Assembly (NCBI GenBank): GCA_002256025.1
Contig: NKIB01013171.1
Coordinates: forward strand, 1-63,194
Origin: Asterionella formosa
Lineage: Eukaryota
DNA: 63,194 bases
Reading direction: 5' to 3'
Position numbers and translations under genes: made by a program. The notes beneath the pieces are model-generated. The model worked only from the letters and a program-made list of their open reading frames with translations, was not told where the DNA came from and made no database searches. Shown here one piece after another: positions 61,661 through 63,194 of this stretch (position 1 is its first letter; every line of letters begins with the position of its first letter).

Positions 61661-62096
61661 GCACTGACAGTAAACCAAAATATCCAAACGAAAGGCTGAG
61701 GTAAATAGTCAAAAGCCAGCTAAACTATTCCAACAACAAGGTTTTCAATTTCGGTCACATATTATACTATTTTCCGGAATAAGAAAAGGATTGTTCCAGG
61801 TCTGCATGGGTATTTCGCAGTTTCCATTGTTCTCGTCGCTGCATGGGATTTTCTCTTCTAGATTTGTTTGTTGAGTGACACGACCTTGATATACTAATAA
61901 ATGTGGCGGCACTGAGGGAACTCTCTCTATTTTGGGTTCCCGTTTCCACAGTAGTTTAAGATCAATCGTGATACAAACGATTAACCTAATTCTAGCTGAA
62001 AAGTTGATCATACCGACGCTTGTCACGGAAAGTGTGGCAAACCAGAAGTTGGCTGCTGAAAAATCGATCCTATAGATATAGACTGGTTTCACACAC

Positions 62097-62345
62097 TCAT
62101 TTCGACGACGATGCCTGCAACAGGTCCTCCAAATCCATTGACGTTCGCGTCCACGCTGAACCCAGTCCGATACCTCCTCCAAATCCAGCAAACACTTTGC
62201 GGGCGCCGCTGGCTCCTCCTCTCACCAAAACGATGCCGGCCAAACCGCCAATCAAAACACCCGCTCCCGTATTGATCAAGATGTGTTCAAGTCCTTTCTG
62301 CATCGTGTTACTCACGGCTTGTTCGGACGTATTGTTGGATTCCAT
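62097..62345 (-). CDS. MIC10: MICOS complex subunit MIC10
   Basis: 82 aa; two Gly-rich TM helices (GAGVLIGGLAG, FGGGIGLGSAW) joined by a basic loop, as in Mic10/MINOS1. Confidence 0.75.
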   Translation of the reverse strand: MESNNTSEQAVSNTMQKGLEHILINTGAGVLIGGLAGIVLVRGGASGARKVFAGFGGGIGLGSAWTRTSMDLEDLLQASSSK

Positions 62346-63194
62346 GGCTATTGGATGTGCCGGTACTGATAGTCTGGTGGGGAAAAGACAATGCAGCGTT
62401 AGAGTTCGATCAAAAGGAAGAATGTAAGATCCAAAGCACTGCTGTTAGGAACACCCACCTCAAGGAGGATACTCAGTTTTTAATCCTTTAGAACCGCGCT
62501 TCAAATATCAAATCTGAACTCTATTTCGAGAGTTCTATTGTGTTTTTCAATCCTTAGCGGCAATGTAGAAGTAGCGACGATAAAAGCGAAGGGAGATTGG
62601 CTGAAATTACCATATATCGACAAGAATCTGAACATTGATTTTAGAAGAAAAAAGAGAGATTTTCTCATCCCCCACCAGACATAATGACAGACGAGGTCTG
62701 CGTCTTGCTGAGCGAGATGAAATTGTCCCCACGACACAGGCAGGTTGTGACTGGATTCCCTGCTCATCTTTTCCCCTCGCTCCGATCGCTCGACGTACAC
62801 CTGGTAAAATGTTTTTGCAATTATATAATACATAAAAATATATAAAACATCAATATTAGTGTTATTGCAATTATTTTTTTACGATAGTATTATCAATTTT
62901 GTGTCAGATTCCGCATAGTAGTTGGTAGATGCTACGTATCTGTAGCTCTCACGCAGTAAAATTTGCTAGAAAAAATGTTTCTACACAATTTGTTTGTTTT
63001 ACTTTGTTTGCTAATAATTGTTTTTATAAAAGAGTGAGCTTAATGTAAATGTAAATTTGAATGTATAATTTTGAAACTTCCAAGCTCATGCATGTTTCAA
63101 AATAGAGGTGATCTTCGGAGACGAGGTTCATTTGTGTTCCCAACTTGAACTGAGAATAAACTACATCCTCTTCCTAAATACACATTTGTCTTAA

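Noticed and set aside
34915..62345. Functional cluster of mitochondrial genes (fumarase, MPP/QCR2, MIC10)
   Set aside because: Spread over 27 kb with unrelated genes between; compatible with chance.

Overview
Eukaryotic nuclear DNA, almost certainly from a diatom. The evidence is short GT-AG introns, bipartite plastid-targeting presequences (signal peptide then F), a class I fumarase, CoDi-type Copia remnants and diatom-type VGIRCxHC proteins. Compact GC-richer gene islands (16 supportable genes) alternate with AT-rich, CpG-poor tracts of decayed transposons. Genes: alpha/beta hydrolase, MBD-DDT-WHIM chromatin factor, AP-4 mu, N-domain-only plastid trigger factor, multi-Zn-motif protein, F-box protein, plastid RelA/SpoT homologue, small membrane protein, class I fumarase, MscS-like channel, MPP-alpha/QCR2, thioredoxin-TM protein, multipass membrane protein, inactive rhomboid, FHA-PP2C and MIC10. 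The most unusual non-genic signals are: (i) arrays of TACC(A/T)GG / TACCGG palindromic units sitting 5' of most genes, with two TA-flanked MITE families with CC...GG ends inserted in them (possible footprint or hotspot system); (ii) a tRNA-Ala-derived element with intact acceptor and T stems but a collapsed anticodon arm, inside a CACTA-like remnant; (iii) a Copia 3' end nested in a TIR element; (iv) a ~96-99 bp frame-preserving tandem repeat. One assembly gap (N run flanked by poly-G/C) lies at about 8.7 kb. All exon boundaries were derived by hand from the sequence and no database searches were run.
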